Shown one piece after another: positions 23,201 to 33,060 of a DNA stretch of 64,000 nt (its first letter is position 1; each line of letters begins with the position of its first letter). The position numbers and the translations under genes were made by a program. Location of the stretch: assembly GCA_963422375.2 (NCBI GenBank), contig OY729428.2, positions 224,001-288,000 on the forward strand, in the 5' to 3' direction. The notes under the pieces are model-generated. The model was given only the letters and a program-made list of their open reading frames with translations. It was not told where the DNA came from and searched no databases. Source of the DNA: Bryobacterales bacterium. Its GTDB lineage: Bacteria > Acidobacteriota > Terriglobia > Bryobacterales > UBA6623.

Positions 23201-23492
23201 CGCCGGTCTGGGTCGCCCGGCTGAACCCGGTCAGCTCGCCCTCAATGGTGTAGACCGCCGGCGGCAGAGAGACAACCGTGTAGCCGCCGGTTTCATTCGT
23301 GCTGGCGGTGCGGGCGAGGCCGGTGCCCTCGTTGGTGACGGTCACCGTCACGCCGGGGATGACCGCTCCGCTCTCGTCGGTCACGTTGCCGACGACCGTT
23401 CCGAACGCGGTCTGGGCCTGCGCGGGCACGGCCGTAAGGGACGCGAGCAGGAGTAGCAAGGCACCCCCAGTAGCAAGCGAGCACTTCTTCAT
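20211..23492 (-). CDS. TonB-dependent receptor, Oar-like with carboxypeptidase-regulatory N-domain
   Basis: Signal peptide MKKCSL...AQA; GNVTDESGAVIPGV, LPLNGR, KSGTNQFHGS and QDDWKV motifs; ends RQIQLGVKLLF. The upstream extension in the ORF track is not credible. Confidence 0.92.
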   Translation of the reverse strand: MKKCSLATGGALLLLLASLTAVPAQAQTAFGTVVGNVTDESGAVIPGVTVTVTNEGTGLARTASTNETGGYTVVSLPPAVYTIEGELTGFSRATQTGVRLEVNQTLRVDLAMRVGQVTETIEVTAALPQLQTDSSTVASTVDNQKVVELPLNGRSFTQLTILMPGAVAGAGALTSFQTSGTAVSVSGLRSEANNYTLDGVNNNESFFKTFGVQPSIDAIQEFRIQTNITSAEFGTAAGANVNVVTKSGTNQFHGSAFEFVRNDNFDSVDYFAKKSGAEKPEFRQNQFGATVGGPIVRNQTFFFFMYEGQRRSRESTLLNVVPTREMFGGDLSSDLVGNAAAQVFDPLTTVELADGSLTRSPLADNRVPASRINAATSQLVDILWSAPNRPGQTQNLLNTKAARIDNNQWMGKVDHRISDKNILTGRYNLTDSVSPRPTAHLAIDNNLVNTFTNIMVSDTHTLSPTTILDVKLAYHRNNLQIADSAPGGVEGIANFINGNNIQGIPILKSEAVPLYPQWGIAGFANPSQTGFPFPDDTYSVISSVTKIVGNHSIKAGFEFKHNRNLDDGYFTGNMTFNKRPTEDPQNAENTGNAVAAYLLGMPNVAQRNIGRGTTAIMRKEDYGFYFQDDWKVTSRLTLNLGLRYDLIEYPKHRDDLLASIDIDTGEFLWDGVNPVTGEPPNARRGIVEPDYNNFAPRFGLAYRIGDKSTIRAGYGVFYMSNYLWEAQGIRGNWPFAISETLSNLNERTDFSFVETTFSPQLDIEKGSTVAPRAQHIVNRNNRVSYTQQWNLHVQRQLTDSLMVELGYVGTKGSDMSSFINTNTASPGPGDVDPRRPYPQYGAMSEMTNEADSIYHGLQFKAEKRFAEGLSFRLNYAWGKTIDTLGAGFSASKSPQNPLDPQGDRSLSDLHRLHTFSADYVWQVPIGRNRALGANMGGLANAVLGGWQVTGVMTANSGAPINVTIPRDVANIGPRVQAQRPDLAGDPLAGTSGAPDQYLSKGAFAEPAPYTFGSAGRNIVTGPGLFQLDFGLYKNFRLAESVALQVRSEYFNALDNVNFGNPNADLDSPAFGVISGLVAGQAARQIQLGVKLLF

Positions 23493-23563
23493 CGAACATT
23501 CCTTCTTTCTGCTCTCACCCTTAATCCAGCGCACTGCACCGAGCCGTCGCGGGCCCACAAAAT

Positions 23564-23607
23564 TCAGACGTGTCAGACGTGCTAGTCGGCAAGCTGCCGC
23601 AATTCTA
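23564..23607 (-). promoter_or_regulatory. putative -10 box plus tandem 9-bp operator upstream of the TBDR
   Basis: TAGAAT on the minus strand (23607-23602) followed by cacgtctga x2 (23581-23564). Confidence 0.4.
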
Positions 23608-24062
23608 TCGCACGCGGGTGCCGACTCGGTCAGCTCGGGCGAACGCGCCCTACCTTCGCGACTCCGGTCGCCGACCCCTACCGCCTGCGCAGCCGATTTG
23701 CCGCGCCCCGCTCTGCGACGGGACGACCCGATGCAATCTCGGCAATCTCCACGCGACGCAGGTACCAGTCCGGCAGTGCCCGCTCGCGCCCGACGCGAGA
23801 CGGCTTGACCTATCCGGGCAATCGCCGCTCCGTCGCAGCCTCGGGCCGCGCCCCTGCGCCGACGCCGTGTCGCCTGCCCCACTCCTCGAGGTTGCTCAGA
23901 TCTCGCTCGGCCCGGATTCCCTGCACGCAGAGAGAGCGTTCGATGTCGACCGACCCGCCACGCAGCATGCACGATCCAGACCGATTCAGATCTGCAATCG
24001 CCGCTCGATCGAGCGACCCCGTGCGGGCCTGGCAAGAATCAGGCCGATCGGCATTCGGCCAG

Positions 24063-25778
24063 TCAGCTGCCGCTAGAGAATCCGGTGTCCGCCGTCGAGC
24101 GAGCCTCGGCCGCGGTCCGCTTCTCCTCGAACATCTCCAAGTGTCGTTCCGCCTCGGAGCGCCTTCCGACGCGCAGGCAGGCCCTCCCCAGCAGGTAGTA
24201 CGCGTTGTGAAGCTCGGGCTCGATTTCGATCACCGCCTCCAGCGCCGCGATCGCCTCTTCGAAGCGCCCGAGGCCCGACAGCAGCTTGCCTAGCTCGTAG
24301 CGCGACAGGGCATCGCGGTCATCGGCCGCGGCCGCCGAGGACAAGGCCTTGATCGCGCCCAGCCGGTCGGTCAGCTCGCCGCCGCCGGCCAGAGCTCGCC
24401 CGAGGTCCCTGAGAAACAGGGAATTGCGTGGGGAGAGGCCGACCGCCTTGCGGAGCGAGGCCAGCCCGGCCTCGCGCCTTTCCTGGCGCACGTAGGCGCG
24501 CCCCAGCAGGTGGTGGGCGCGGCCTCGCTGAGGGGCCAGCCGAGCCAGCGCCTCGAGCAGCGGCAGCAGGGCCGGATTGCCCGGCTCGACATGCAGGCAG
24601 CTGTAGGCGAGGGCCTCGAGGACGCGCGGCGTGTCCCCTTCGTAGGCTCGCGCGAGACCGAGCAGCGCGGCGGCGGTACGGTGATGCTGCCGCGAGGCGA
24701 GAGCGCTCGCCAGCTCGAAATAGTCGTCCGCCCGGCGGGCATCTCGAAATCCGGCAGGGCGGTCGGCTGGCCGTTCGTCGGACCGGCCGGGGCAGGAATC
24801 CCGCCGGGCCGAGAAGAAGACCTTCGGTCTGACCGCCGACGGAAGGCCTCGCAGCGCCTCCAGGCGGCTCTCGGCTTCATTGACTCGGTCCAAGTCGAGG
24901 AGCATGAACGCGAGATTCAGGTAGGCGTGCGGGCTGTCCGGCCAGCGCCTGATCACGTCCAGAAACACTGCCTCTGCCTCGCTTGGGCGGCCCGCGAGCG
25001 CCAGGGACGAGGCGAGGAGCGACGCCGACTCCGCGGTGGACCGCGCGACGTCGAAGACCCTGAGCAGCGACACAGCTGTTTCGTGGCGGTTCAGCATGTG
25101 GTTCGCGAGCGCTGCGAAGTGCCGCGCCTCGTAGGAATCCGGGGAGATCTCCAAGGCGGCCTCGAACGCTTGCAACGCGTCGGAATAGAAAAACTGGCCG
25201 AACAGCAACCCGCCCGCCTGGACCAGCACGGATGTCGAACGCGGGCTCATGGAAAGGAGTTGCCTGGCCGCGCTCCACCCGCCGCTCAGGCGCCCGCTAG
25301 CGAATTCCGCCCCGGCGAGGTGCAGCAGAGCCCCCGTGTTGCGGAAGCCGAGATCCACAGCCTGTCGCAGGTGCCGCGCCGCCTCGGGCTGTCGACCCGC
25401 CGTGCGCCATGCGAGGCCGGCCTGGTAGTGGAGCACCCCTTGCCGGGGGGCGAGGGCTAACGCGCGCTCGAACTCCCGCGCGGCCTCCTCGCCGCGTCCC
25501 TGCTCGAACCGCACCTCTCCCAGCGCCCTGTGCAGCAAGGCGGGTCGCCGCCCCCGGGCCGCGGTATCGACGCCGGCGATCGATTCGGCCAAGAGCGCCG
25601 CCGCTACATCCAAGTTCCCGGCCCGGCGCTCCGCTTGCGCTCGGTCGAGCGCGTCCGACAAGTCCTCACCCAACGCCAAGGGGCAGGCAAGCAGACTCGC
25701 GACAGCCAGCGAGCCGGTTCTCAGCGACTGGACAAGAAGCGCACGCAACCTGCCACCATTGTCGATGGGAACGGTCAC
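24063..25778 (-). CDS. exported TPR repeat protein
   Basis: Signal-like N-terminus; many TPR-like units; final NAYYLLGRACLRVGR unit. Confidence 0.85.
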   Translation of the reverse strand: MTVPIDNGGRLRALLVQSLRTGSLAVASLLACPLALGEDLSDALDRAQAERRAGNLDVAAALLAESIAGVDTAARGRRPALLHRALGEVRFEQGRGEEAAREFERALALAPRQGVLHYQAGLAWRTAGRQPEAARHLRQAVDLGFRNTGALLHLAGAEFASGRLSGGWSAARQLLSMSPRSTSVLVQAGGLLFGQFFYSDALQAFEAALEISPDSYEARHFAALANHMLNRHETAVSLLRVFDVARSTAESASLLASSLALAGRPSEAEAVFLDVIRRWPDSPHAYLNLAFMLLDLDRVNEAESRLEALRGLPSAVRPKVFFSARRDSCPGRSDERPADRPAGFRDARRADDYFELASALASRQHHRTAAALLGLARAYEGDTPRVLEALAYSCLHVEPGNPALLPLLEALARLAPQRGRAHHLLGRAYVRQERREAGLASLRKAVGLSPRNSLFLRDLGRALAGGGELTDRLGAIKALSSAAAADDRDALSRYELGKLLSGLGRFEEAIAALEAVIEIEPELHNAYYLLGRACLRVGRRSEAERHLEMFEEKRTAAEARSTADTGFSSGS

Positions 25779-25802
25779 GCGCGCCCGCGGGCTCCGGCAA
25801 TC

Positions 25803-27479
25803 ATGAGGGCCGACCGGACAATGGCTCGATTAGCTGGGACGAGACGGGCCGCCAGATCCGCCTTGTTGGTCGGACTGGCGTGCAGCGCTGCTGTCGCCCA
25901 GTTCACGGAAGTGGCCGCCGACAGCGGGCTGGAATTCCAGCTGCTCTCCGGCTCCGAGGGCAAGCCCTACATCTTGGAGTCGATGACCGGCGGAGTAGGT
26001 TTCCTTGACTACAACGCGGACGGCTGGCCCGACGTCTACCTGGTCAACGGAGGCACCATCGAGTCGCTCAGCCAGCCCGAGGGGCCGGCGACGGACCGGC
26101 TGTTCCGCAACAACCGCGACGGCACCTTCTCGGACGTCACGACCCGCGCCGGGCTGGGCGATGACAGCTGGGGCATGGGCGTCGCCGTCGCGGACGTCGA
26201 CAACGACGGCCGCGTCGACATCTACGTCACCAACTACGGACCGAATCGCCTCTACCTGAATCGAGGCGACGGCACATTCGCCGAGCGTGCTCAGGAGGCC
26301 GGCGTGGCTGGCCGGGCGTGGAGCTCGTCCGCCGCTTTCGCCGACTACGACCGGGACGGCGACGTGGACCTGTACGTGGCGAATTACTTGGAATTCGATC
26401 TCGGGAGCCTGCCCGAGGACAGCCAGCTGTGCCGCTATCGGGGCATTCGCGTGCAATGCGGGCCCCGGGGCATGATCCCCACCGCCGACAGACTGTACGA
26501 GAACCTAGGCGGCGGACGGTTTCGCGATGAGACCGCCCCGTCGGGCGTCGCGACGGCACCGGCTTCCTACGGCCTGGGCGTCGCCTGGGCGGACTACGAC
26601 AACGACGGCGACCCGGACGCCTACGTCGCGAACGACTCGACTGCCAACTTCCTGTTCCGCAACAACGGAGACGGCACCTTCGCCGAGGTTGCCCTGCTGG
26701 CCGGTGTCGCGCTGAGCGGGGACGGCAAGGAACAGGCCGGCATGGGGGTTGCATTCGGTGACTACGACAACGACGGCCTCCTCGACCTGGCAGTGACGAA
26801 CTTCTCGGAAGACTACAACGCCCTCTACCGAAACCAAGGCGGCGGGCAGTTCCGCGACGTGTCCTACGCGGCTGGCCTGGGCGAGGCCAGCTGGCCGAAA
26901 CTGAGCTGGGGCGTGCAGTTCGTCGACTACGACCTCGACGGCCTTCTCGATATCGTGATCGCCGACGGGCACGTCTATCCCGAGGTCGACCGCCACGACC
27001 TCGGGATCCGGTACCGTCAGCCGAACTCGGCTTTCCGGAACCGGGGCGATGGCTCGTTCGTGTTCTTCGATCTGCCGGATCCGCCGCCAGGCCCGCAGTC
27101 GAGCCGGGGGCTCGCCGCCGGGGACTTTGACAACGACGGCACCCTCGACCTGCTGATCGCCAACCTGGACGCGACGCCCTCGCTGCTGCGTGGAACTGCG
27201 TCAGCGAGTCACTGGCTCGTGCTGGACTTGAGGGGCACCGCCTCGAACCGCTCCGCGATCGGCTCCCGCGTCACGGTCGAGGTCGGAGGTCTGCGCCAGA
27301 TCCGCGAAGTGCGCAGCGGGGGAAGCTACCTGTCGCAGAGCGACCTGCGACTGCACTTCGGCCTCGGGCGGCGCGGTGGAGCCGCCGCGGTCCGAATCCG
27401 CTGGCCCAGCGGACTCGTCCAAGTCCTGCACCAAGTTCAGGCCGACCAAGTGCTCCGGATCGACGAGCCGACAGAATAA
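25803..27479 (+). CDS. CRTAC1 family protein (FG-GAP repeats + ASPIC/UnbV)
   Basis: DYNADGWPD-type repeats; GGSYLSQSDLRLHFGLG and IRWPSG; start 25803 or 25821. Confidence 0.9.
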   Translation: MRADRTMARLAGTRRAARSALLVGLACSAAVAQFTEVAADSGLEFQLLSGSEGKPYILESMTGGVGFLDYNADGWPDVYLVNGGTIESLSQPEGPATDRLFRNNRDGTFSDVTTRAGLGDDSWGMGVAVADVDNDGRVDIYVTNYGPNRLYLNRGDGTFAERAQEAGVAGRAWSSSAAFADYDRDGDVDLYVANYLEFDLGSLPEDSQLCRYRGIRVQCGPRGMIPTADRLYENLGGGRFRDETAPSGVATAPASYGLGVAWADYDNDGDPDAYVANDSTANFLFRNNGDGTFAEVALLAGVALSGDGKEQAGMGVAFGDYDNDGLLDLAVTNFSEDYNALYRNQGGGQFRDVSYAAGLGEASWPKLSWGVQFVDYDLDGLLDIVIADGHVYPEVDRHDLGIRYRQPNSAFRNRGDGSFVFFDLPDPPPGPQSSRGLAAGDFDNDGTLDLLIANLDATPSLLRGTASASHWLVLDLRGTASNRSAIGSRVTVEVGGLRQIREVRSGGSYLSQSDLRLHFGLGRRGGAAAVRIRWPSGLVQVLHQVQADQVLRIDEPTE

Positions 27480-27567
27480 AAAGGGAATTATATATCTGAG
27501 TGCCGAGGGAATCAAGTCGGCAAATTATCAAGCCATTATAAGATTTCATATTTCTTCCGATTTTCCG

Positions 27568-27597
27568 TTGACATTCTGTGGTATTTCTTGGTAGAAT
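27568..27597 (+). promoter_or_regulatory. sigma70-type promoter of the IS1595 transposase
   Basis: TTGACA-18 bp-TAGAAT with extended -10 TG. Confidence 0.6.
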
Positions 27598-27631
27598 AGT
27601 TCCAGTAGGGGATGCTGTAAATGAAGAAATC

Positions 27632-30445
27632 ATGTCTCGGAAAGTGGTTCCGTAAAGACATCACATTGATCGAAGTGATCGCCATGTTCCCGGATGACGA
27701 ATCCGCGGAAAAGTAGTTCTTGCTTGTGACAAAACCCTGATATTTTGGGGATTCTAGCTGATAGATCCCGACTAAATGATAGCTATGGAAGAAACAGGCT
27801 GCGCCAATTACCCGAACTCATTGCCTCATATTCCATTTTCATTATGAGGATACAGTTCGTTCTGTTCTAGTTGTACACTTTTCCTGAACCTTGTCTCTTC
27901 AAGGTTTCAATTCAGGGCAATTCAGATCGCTGCCGACTGCCTATGCAGCCAGCGGCAAGCGTCCCGTCTTGAGACGCTCCCTCTCTCTGTCGCGCTCTCT
28001 GTCGCGCACGATCCGGCCCACTCGATGCACGTTTGCCGCCAGGACCGCTAGCCCGATCATCCGCTCGAATCCCTCCGCTCCCCGGTCCATCACCCTGTCC
28101 AGACCGCGGCACTCGAGATTGTTGATCGCCGACTCCACGGCCGGGTGCGCCTGCCTCGCAGCCACAAATTCGGGCGCGCCTTCCATCTCCTTCGCCGCCT
28201 TCGACAGCCTCCCCTTCCGTGGCATCGCGTGGCACGACAGCAGTTCCGCCAAGCGCGTCCGGTTCGCCGGGCTGTGAAAGCCCTTGTCGAAGCTGCAGCT
28301 CGACAACCCCGCGTACAGCCCCTGCGCTCCCTCGACGATTCCCACCGCCACGTCCACGTCACTTCCCTTCCACATCACTTCGTGATTCATCACGAATCGG
28401 TGCTCGCTTTCCACGATGCATACCGGAACGCCCAGCTCCACCGGCACCTCCGCTTTTCCTTTCACGCACCAGCGCGTGTGTTCCTCGAAGATCGAGAACA
28501 CTTTCTCCTCGTGCGGGATCTTCTCCGCTCGCAGCACGCGCCGCTCCACCTGGTCCGCCAGGAGCTGCACGTACCCGAGGTCACTCCTTGCCGCTCCCAA
28601 GGTTCCCTCGTCTTCCCCGGCCCGCGCCAGGGCCGCCAGCGCACCCTCCGCCCGCTGCGCTATCTCCAGGGCCGCCTCTAGGTACGACCGCACCCTCTCC
28701 GGGTTGCCTTTCCTCTTCTTCGCCTGCCGCACTCGGTTGAATTTCTGCTTCAGCGTCTTCAGCAGCTGCGTGCTCTGCCGCCAGCCCGCGATGCCGCGCC
28801 CCTTGCACAGCGGCGCACAGCGGCGCAATAGAGCGAATCAGGCAGCGCAACGCGTCCCACAGCAGACTCACGTCCGTCGGGTAATGCACGTTCGTTTCCA
28901 CCACGAACGAGTCGCACCGCGCCTTCAGCGGATCGCCTTCCTTGTACCCCGCCAGTGCGTGCCCCTCCCGCACCACCAGCTGATTGATTTCCGCGAGGAG
29001 GTCGGGCGTGAGAAGCTTCAGATTCCGGTTGACTGTCCGCTAGCTGAAGACCTGCTCGTCGAGCGTCGCGTTCAGACCGAGGAAGCGCCGGACGTCCGCG
29101 TGCTTGTTCGCCAGCTCCGTCACGCGGTCGTAGTCGCAATTCAATCCCTGCTTGAGCAATCCCAGGACAAGAATGTTCCACAGCTGCATGCCGGGACGAC
29201 CGACAGCAGGGTTGATCTTGCCGGACTCTCCTGCGGAAGGATCGCTTCCGTTCTCGCCGTTCTCGCCGTTCCCGCTACTCTCTCCGAGGCCGAGGATACG
29301 GCTCTCGAGCAGTCCAAAAACCCTGTCCCGCAACTTCTCGGTGCGATAGATGAATTGTATTCCTAGCAAGATGGCCGGGATATCGTCGCGGGAACGGACG
29401 TCGAGATCGATATCCTCGATTGCAGTCTGGCCAAGGGTGAGCTGGATCTCCTGAACGGTCCTCACGGGCGGTTCCTCAACGAAGATTGTCGCACAACCCT
29501 CGGAAACGCGCAAGCCGGCCCGGATCGCCCCGATCTTCGTCCCACAGATCTGCTGCAATCGCCCGGAAACTAAGGGCTTGCGCGTTCTGTCACAAGCACT
29601 AGTTCGCCTCCATGCGCTGGCCGGACGGTCCCGCGTGCCCCCGCTGCCGCGGCTCCAGCGTGCAGTCCGACGCGGCCCACCCTTCGATGCCGTACCGTTG
29701 CCGCGGCTGCGGCAAGCGCTTTTCCGTGCGCGCCGGCAGCGTGATGGCCGACACCAAGCTCGGCTACCGCACCCGGGCCGTCGCCCTGTTCCTGCTGACC
29801 ACCGGCATCAAGGGCGTCTCGAGCATGAAGCTGCACCGCGACCTAGGCATCAGCCGGAAGTCGGCCTGGCACCTGGCGCACCGCATCCGCGCGTGCCGGG
29901 AGCGGGATCAGGGCCTGTTCGCCGGCCCGGTGGAGGTGGACGAGACCTACGTCGGCGGCAAGGAGCGCAACAAGCACGAGAGGAAGAAGGCCCGTGCCGG
30001 GCGCGGGCCCGTTGGCAAGACGCCCGTGGCGGGGGCGCGGGACCGCGCCACGAACGCAGCGGCCGCGCGGCCGCTGCCGGGCACCGCCAAGGGCGACCTG
30101 CAGGGCTTCGTGCGCGCCCGCGTCGCGCCGGGGGCGCAGCTCTACTCCGACCAGGCGGCGGCCTGCGCCGGCATGGAGGAGTTCGCGCACGAAGCCGTCA
30201 GGCACTCCGGCGGCGAGTACGTGCGCGGGGCGGCGCATACGAACGGCATCGAATCGTTCCGGTCCCTGTTCGAGCGCGGCCTGTACGGAACCTATCACCG
30301 GATGAGCGTCCGTCATCTCGGCCGCTACCTCACGGAGTTCGCGGGACGGCGCAACGACCGCGACTGCGACACGGCGGAACAGATGCGGCGCATGGCGCGG
30401 GGCTTGGTCGGCCGGACGCTGACCGGCCGGCAGCTGACCGGCAAG
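27632..30445 (+). pseudogene. IS1595 transposase, split (27632-27719 and 29600 to about 30445)
   Basis: ITLIEVIAMFPDDESAEK*F | ASMRWPDGPACPRC...CRGC, VEVDETYVGG, HTNGIESF and YH...HLGRYLTEF; no stop at the expected end. Confidence 0.85.
27720..29599 (-). mobile_element. ISNCY-type IS copy 2, transposase inactivated
   Basis: IRs ttgcttgtgacaaaa / gttctgtcacaagcac; TSD tagttc (27714-27719, 29600-29605); TAG at 29040-29042 and 10-bp duplication at 28805-28824. Confidence 0.93.
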
Positions 30446-30507
30446 GCCGCGGTCGCGGCCCGAGCGGCGCCCGCCGCGCTGAGCGCGGCAGCCCGCTGCG
30501 GGCGCGC

Positions 30508-30555
30508 GCTTCACGCTCGGTGCACTTCACGCTCGGTGCGCTTCACGCTCGGTGC
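30508..30555 (+). repeat. 16-bp tandem repeat x3
   Basis: (g/a)cttcacgctcggtgc three times in the IS1595 3' region. Confidence 0.85.
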
Positions 30556-30895
30556 GAGGGTCGCACCGGATCCGGCATGCCCCGGTGCGACCCCGGTCCG
30601 GCCCGGACCGTCCATGCAGGCCGTCGAGCGCCGGGGATCCGCTGTCTTCGGCCCTCGCAGGGCCTGCAAGCGGCTTGCAAGGGGTGCCCTGCCACCGCCA
30701 ACCGGGTTCCACCGGGGCATGCGAGGTGGCCTCTCTAGTCCGTTCCTCGTCCAATCCGCTGGCAGGCTCGATTCAGATACGATCCCACCCCTCCGTGCCT
30801 GCCGCGGCCGCACTCGAATGACCCCAGCTCGACACCGACCTCCCTGCTCAGAGCAGTTCTCGTCGGACATGGCGTCGTCGGCACTCAGATATATA

Positions 30896-32765
30896 GTGCT
30901 TGTGACAGAACGCGCAAGCCCTTAGTTTCCGGGCGGTTGCAGCAGATCTGTGGGACGAAGATCGGGGCGATCCGGGCCGGCTTGCGCGTTTCCGGGGGTT
31001 GTGCGACAATCTTCGTTGAGGAACCGCCCGTGAGGACCGTTCAGGAGATCCAGCTCACCCTTGGCCGGACTGCAATCGAGGATATCGATCTCGACGTCCG
31101 TTCCCGCGACGATATCCCGGCCATCTTGCTAGGAATACAATTCATCTATCGCACCGAGCAGTTGCGGGACAGGGTTTTCGGACTGCTCGAGAGCCGTATC
31201 CTCGGCCTCGGTGAGAGTAGCGGGAACGGCGGGAACGGCGAGAACGGAAGCGATCCTTCCGCAGGCGAGTGCGGCAGGATCAACCCTGCCGTCGGTCGTC
31301 CCGGCATGCAGCTGTGGAATATTCTCGTCTTGGGCTTGCTCAAGCAGGGATTGAATTGCGACTACGACCGCGTGACGGAGCTGGCGAACAAGCACGCGGA
31401 CGTCCGGCGCTTCCTCGGTCTGAACGCGACGCTCGACGAGCAGGTGTTCAGCTACCGGACAGTCAACCGGAATCTGAAGCTTCTCACGCCCGACCTCCTC
31501 GCGGAAATCAATCAGCTGGTGGTGCGGGAGGGGCACGCACTGGCGGGGTACAAGGAAGGCGATCCGCTGAAGGCGCGGTGCGACTCGTTCGTGGTGGAAA
31601 CGAACGTGCATTACCCGACGGACGTGAGTCTGCTGCGGGACGCGTTGCGCTGCCTGATTCGCTCTATTGCGCCGCTGTGCAAGGGGCGCGGCATCGCGGG
31701 CTGGCGGCAGAGCACGCAGCTGCTGAAGACGCTGAAGCAGAAATTCAACCGGGTGCGGCAGGCGAAGAAGAGGAAAGGCAACCCGGAGAGGGTGCGGTCG
31801 TACCTGGAGGCGGCCCTGGAGATAGCGCAACGGGCGGAGGGTGCGCTGGCGGCCCTGGCGCAGGCCGGGGAAGACGAGGGAACCCTCAGAGCGGCAAGGA
31901 GTTACCTCGGGTACGTGCAGCTCTTGGCGGACCAAGTGGAGCGGCGCGTGCTGCGAGGGGAGAAGATCCCGCACGAGGAGAAAGTGTTCTCGATCTTTGA
32001 GGAACACACGCGCTGGTGCGTGAAAGGAAAAGCGGGGGTGCCGGTGGAGCTGGGCGTGCCGGTATGCATCGTGGAAAGCGAGCACCGATTCGTGATGAAT
32101 CACGAAGTGATGTGGAAGGGAAGCGACGTGGACGTGGCGGTGGGAATCGTCGAGGGAGCGCAGGGGCTGTACGCGGGGTTGTCGAGCTGCAGCTTCGACA
32201 AGGGCTTTCACAGCCCGGCGAACCGGACGCGCTTGGCGGAACTGCTGTCGTGCAACGCGATGCCACGGAAGGGGAGGCTGTCGAAGGCGGCGAAGGAGAT
32301 GGAAGGCGCGCCTGAATTCGTGGCTGCGAGGCAGGCTCACCCGGCCGTGGAGTCGGCGATCAACAATCTCGAGTGCCGCGGTCTGGACAGGGTGATGGAC
32401 CGGGGAGCGGAGGGATTCGAGCGGATGATCGGGCTAGCGATCCTGGCGGCGAACGTGCATCGAGTGGGCCGGATCGTGCGCGACAGAGAGCGCGACAGAG
32501 AGAGGGAGCGTCTCAAGACGGGACCCTTGCCGCTGGCTGCATAGGCAGTCGGCAGCGATCTGAATTGCCCTGAATTTAAACCTTGAAGAGACAAGGTTCA
32601 GGAAAAGTGTACAACTAGAACAGAACTAACTGTATCCTCACAATGAAAATGGAATATGAGGCAATGAGTTCGGTTAATTGGCGCAGACTGTTTCTTCCAT
32701 AGCTATCATTTAGTCGGGATCTATCAGCTAGAATCCCCAAAATATCAGGGTTTTGTCACAAGCAC
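30896..32765 (+). mobile_element. ISNCY-type IS copy 3, apparently intact (1870 bp)
   Basis: IRs gtgcttgtgacagaac / gttttgtcacaagcac; TSD tatata (30890-30895, 32766-32771). Confidence 0.93.
31030..32544 (+). CDS. ISNCY-type DDE transposase
   Basis: RSRDDIP, RCDSFVVETNVHYPTD, EKVFSIFEEHT, SFDKGF and HPAVESAINNLE motifs; uninterrupted frame; GTG start assumed. Confidence 0.9.
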   Translation: MRTVQEIQLTLGRTAIEDIDLDVRSRDDIPAILLGIQFIYRTEQLRDRVFGLLESRILGLGESSGNGGNGENGSDPSAGECGRINPAVGRPGMQLWNILVLGLLKQGLNCDYDRVTELANKHADVRRFLGLNATLDEQVFSYRTVNRNLKLLTPDLLAEINQLVVREGHALAGYKEGDPLKARCDSFVVETNVHYPTDVSLLRDALRCLIRSIAPLCKGRGIAGWRQSTQLLKTLKQKFNRVRQAKKRKGNPERVRSYLEAALEIAQRAEGALAALAQAGEDEGTLRAARSYLGYVQLLADQVERRVLRGEKIPHEEKVFSIFEEHTRWCVKGKAGVPVELGVPVCIVESEHRFVMNHEVMWKGSDVDVAVGIVEGAQGLYAGLSSCSFDKGFHSPANRTRLAELLSCNAMPRKGRLSKAAKEMEGAPEFVAARQAHPAVESAINNLECRGLDRVMDRGAEGFERMIGLAILAANVHRVGRIVRDRERDRERERLKTGPLPLAA

Positions 32766-32777
32766 TATATAATTCCC

Positions 32778-33060
32778 ATGGAATAAGATTGAGCACCGCC
32801 TGTTTTGCCACATCACGCAGAATTGGCGAGGCAAGCCACTGCGTACATTTGAGACCATTGTCGACTTGATCGGCGGTACGCGCACAGCCGCCGGCCTTCG
32901 AGTCAAAGCCAAACTTGACAATAGAAAGTACCCGACCGGTGAGGCAGTAACGAAGGCGGAGATGGACGCCCTGTCGCTCCATCGGAACGAGTTCCACGGT
33001 GATTGGAACTACGAACTACATCCACGATGAAGTTGGAAACTTAATATCGATCAAAGTCCT
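32778..33060 (+). mobile_element. ISAzo13 family remnant (transposase C-terminus, stop at about 33030)
   Basis: Manual translation WNKIEHRLFCHITQNWRGKPL...FHGDWNYELHPR*. Confidence 0.85.

Larger units (their letters stand above)
27483..32777 (+). mobile_element. IS1595 family element interrupted twice by the ISNCY-type IS
   Basis: Left IR gggaattatatatctgagtgccg; right IR reconstructed from 30879-30895 plus 32772-32777 after removing IS copy 3 and one tatata. Confidence 0.85.

Noticed and set aside
23493..24035. 181-aa N-terminal extension of TBDR 1 in the ORF track
   Set aside because: Arg/Ala-rich junk preceding a clear signal peptide at 23492.
30508..30555. Three 15-16 bp repeats as a mini-CRISPR
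   Set aside because: Units are contiguous with no spacers, and no cas genes are present.
30446..30925. IS1595 transposase C-terminal extension as a passenger domain
   Set aside because: Low-complexity read-through of 3' non-coding DNA running into the next IS.
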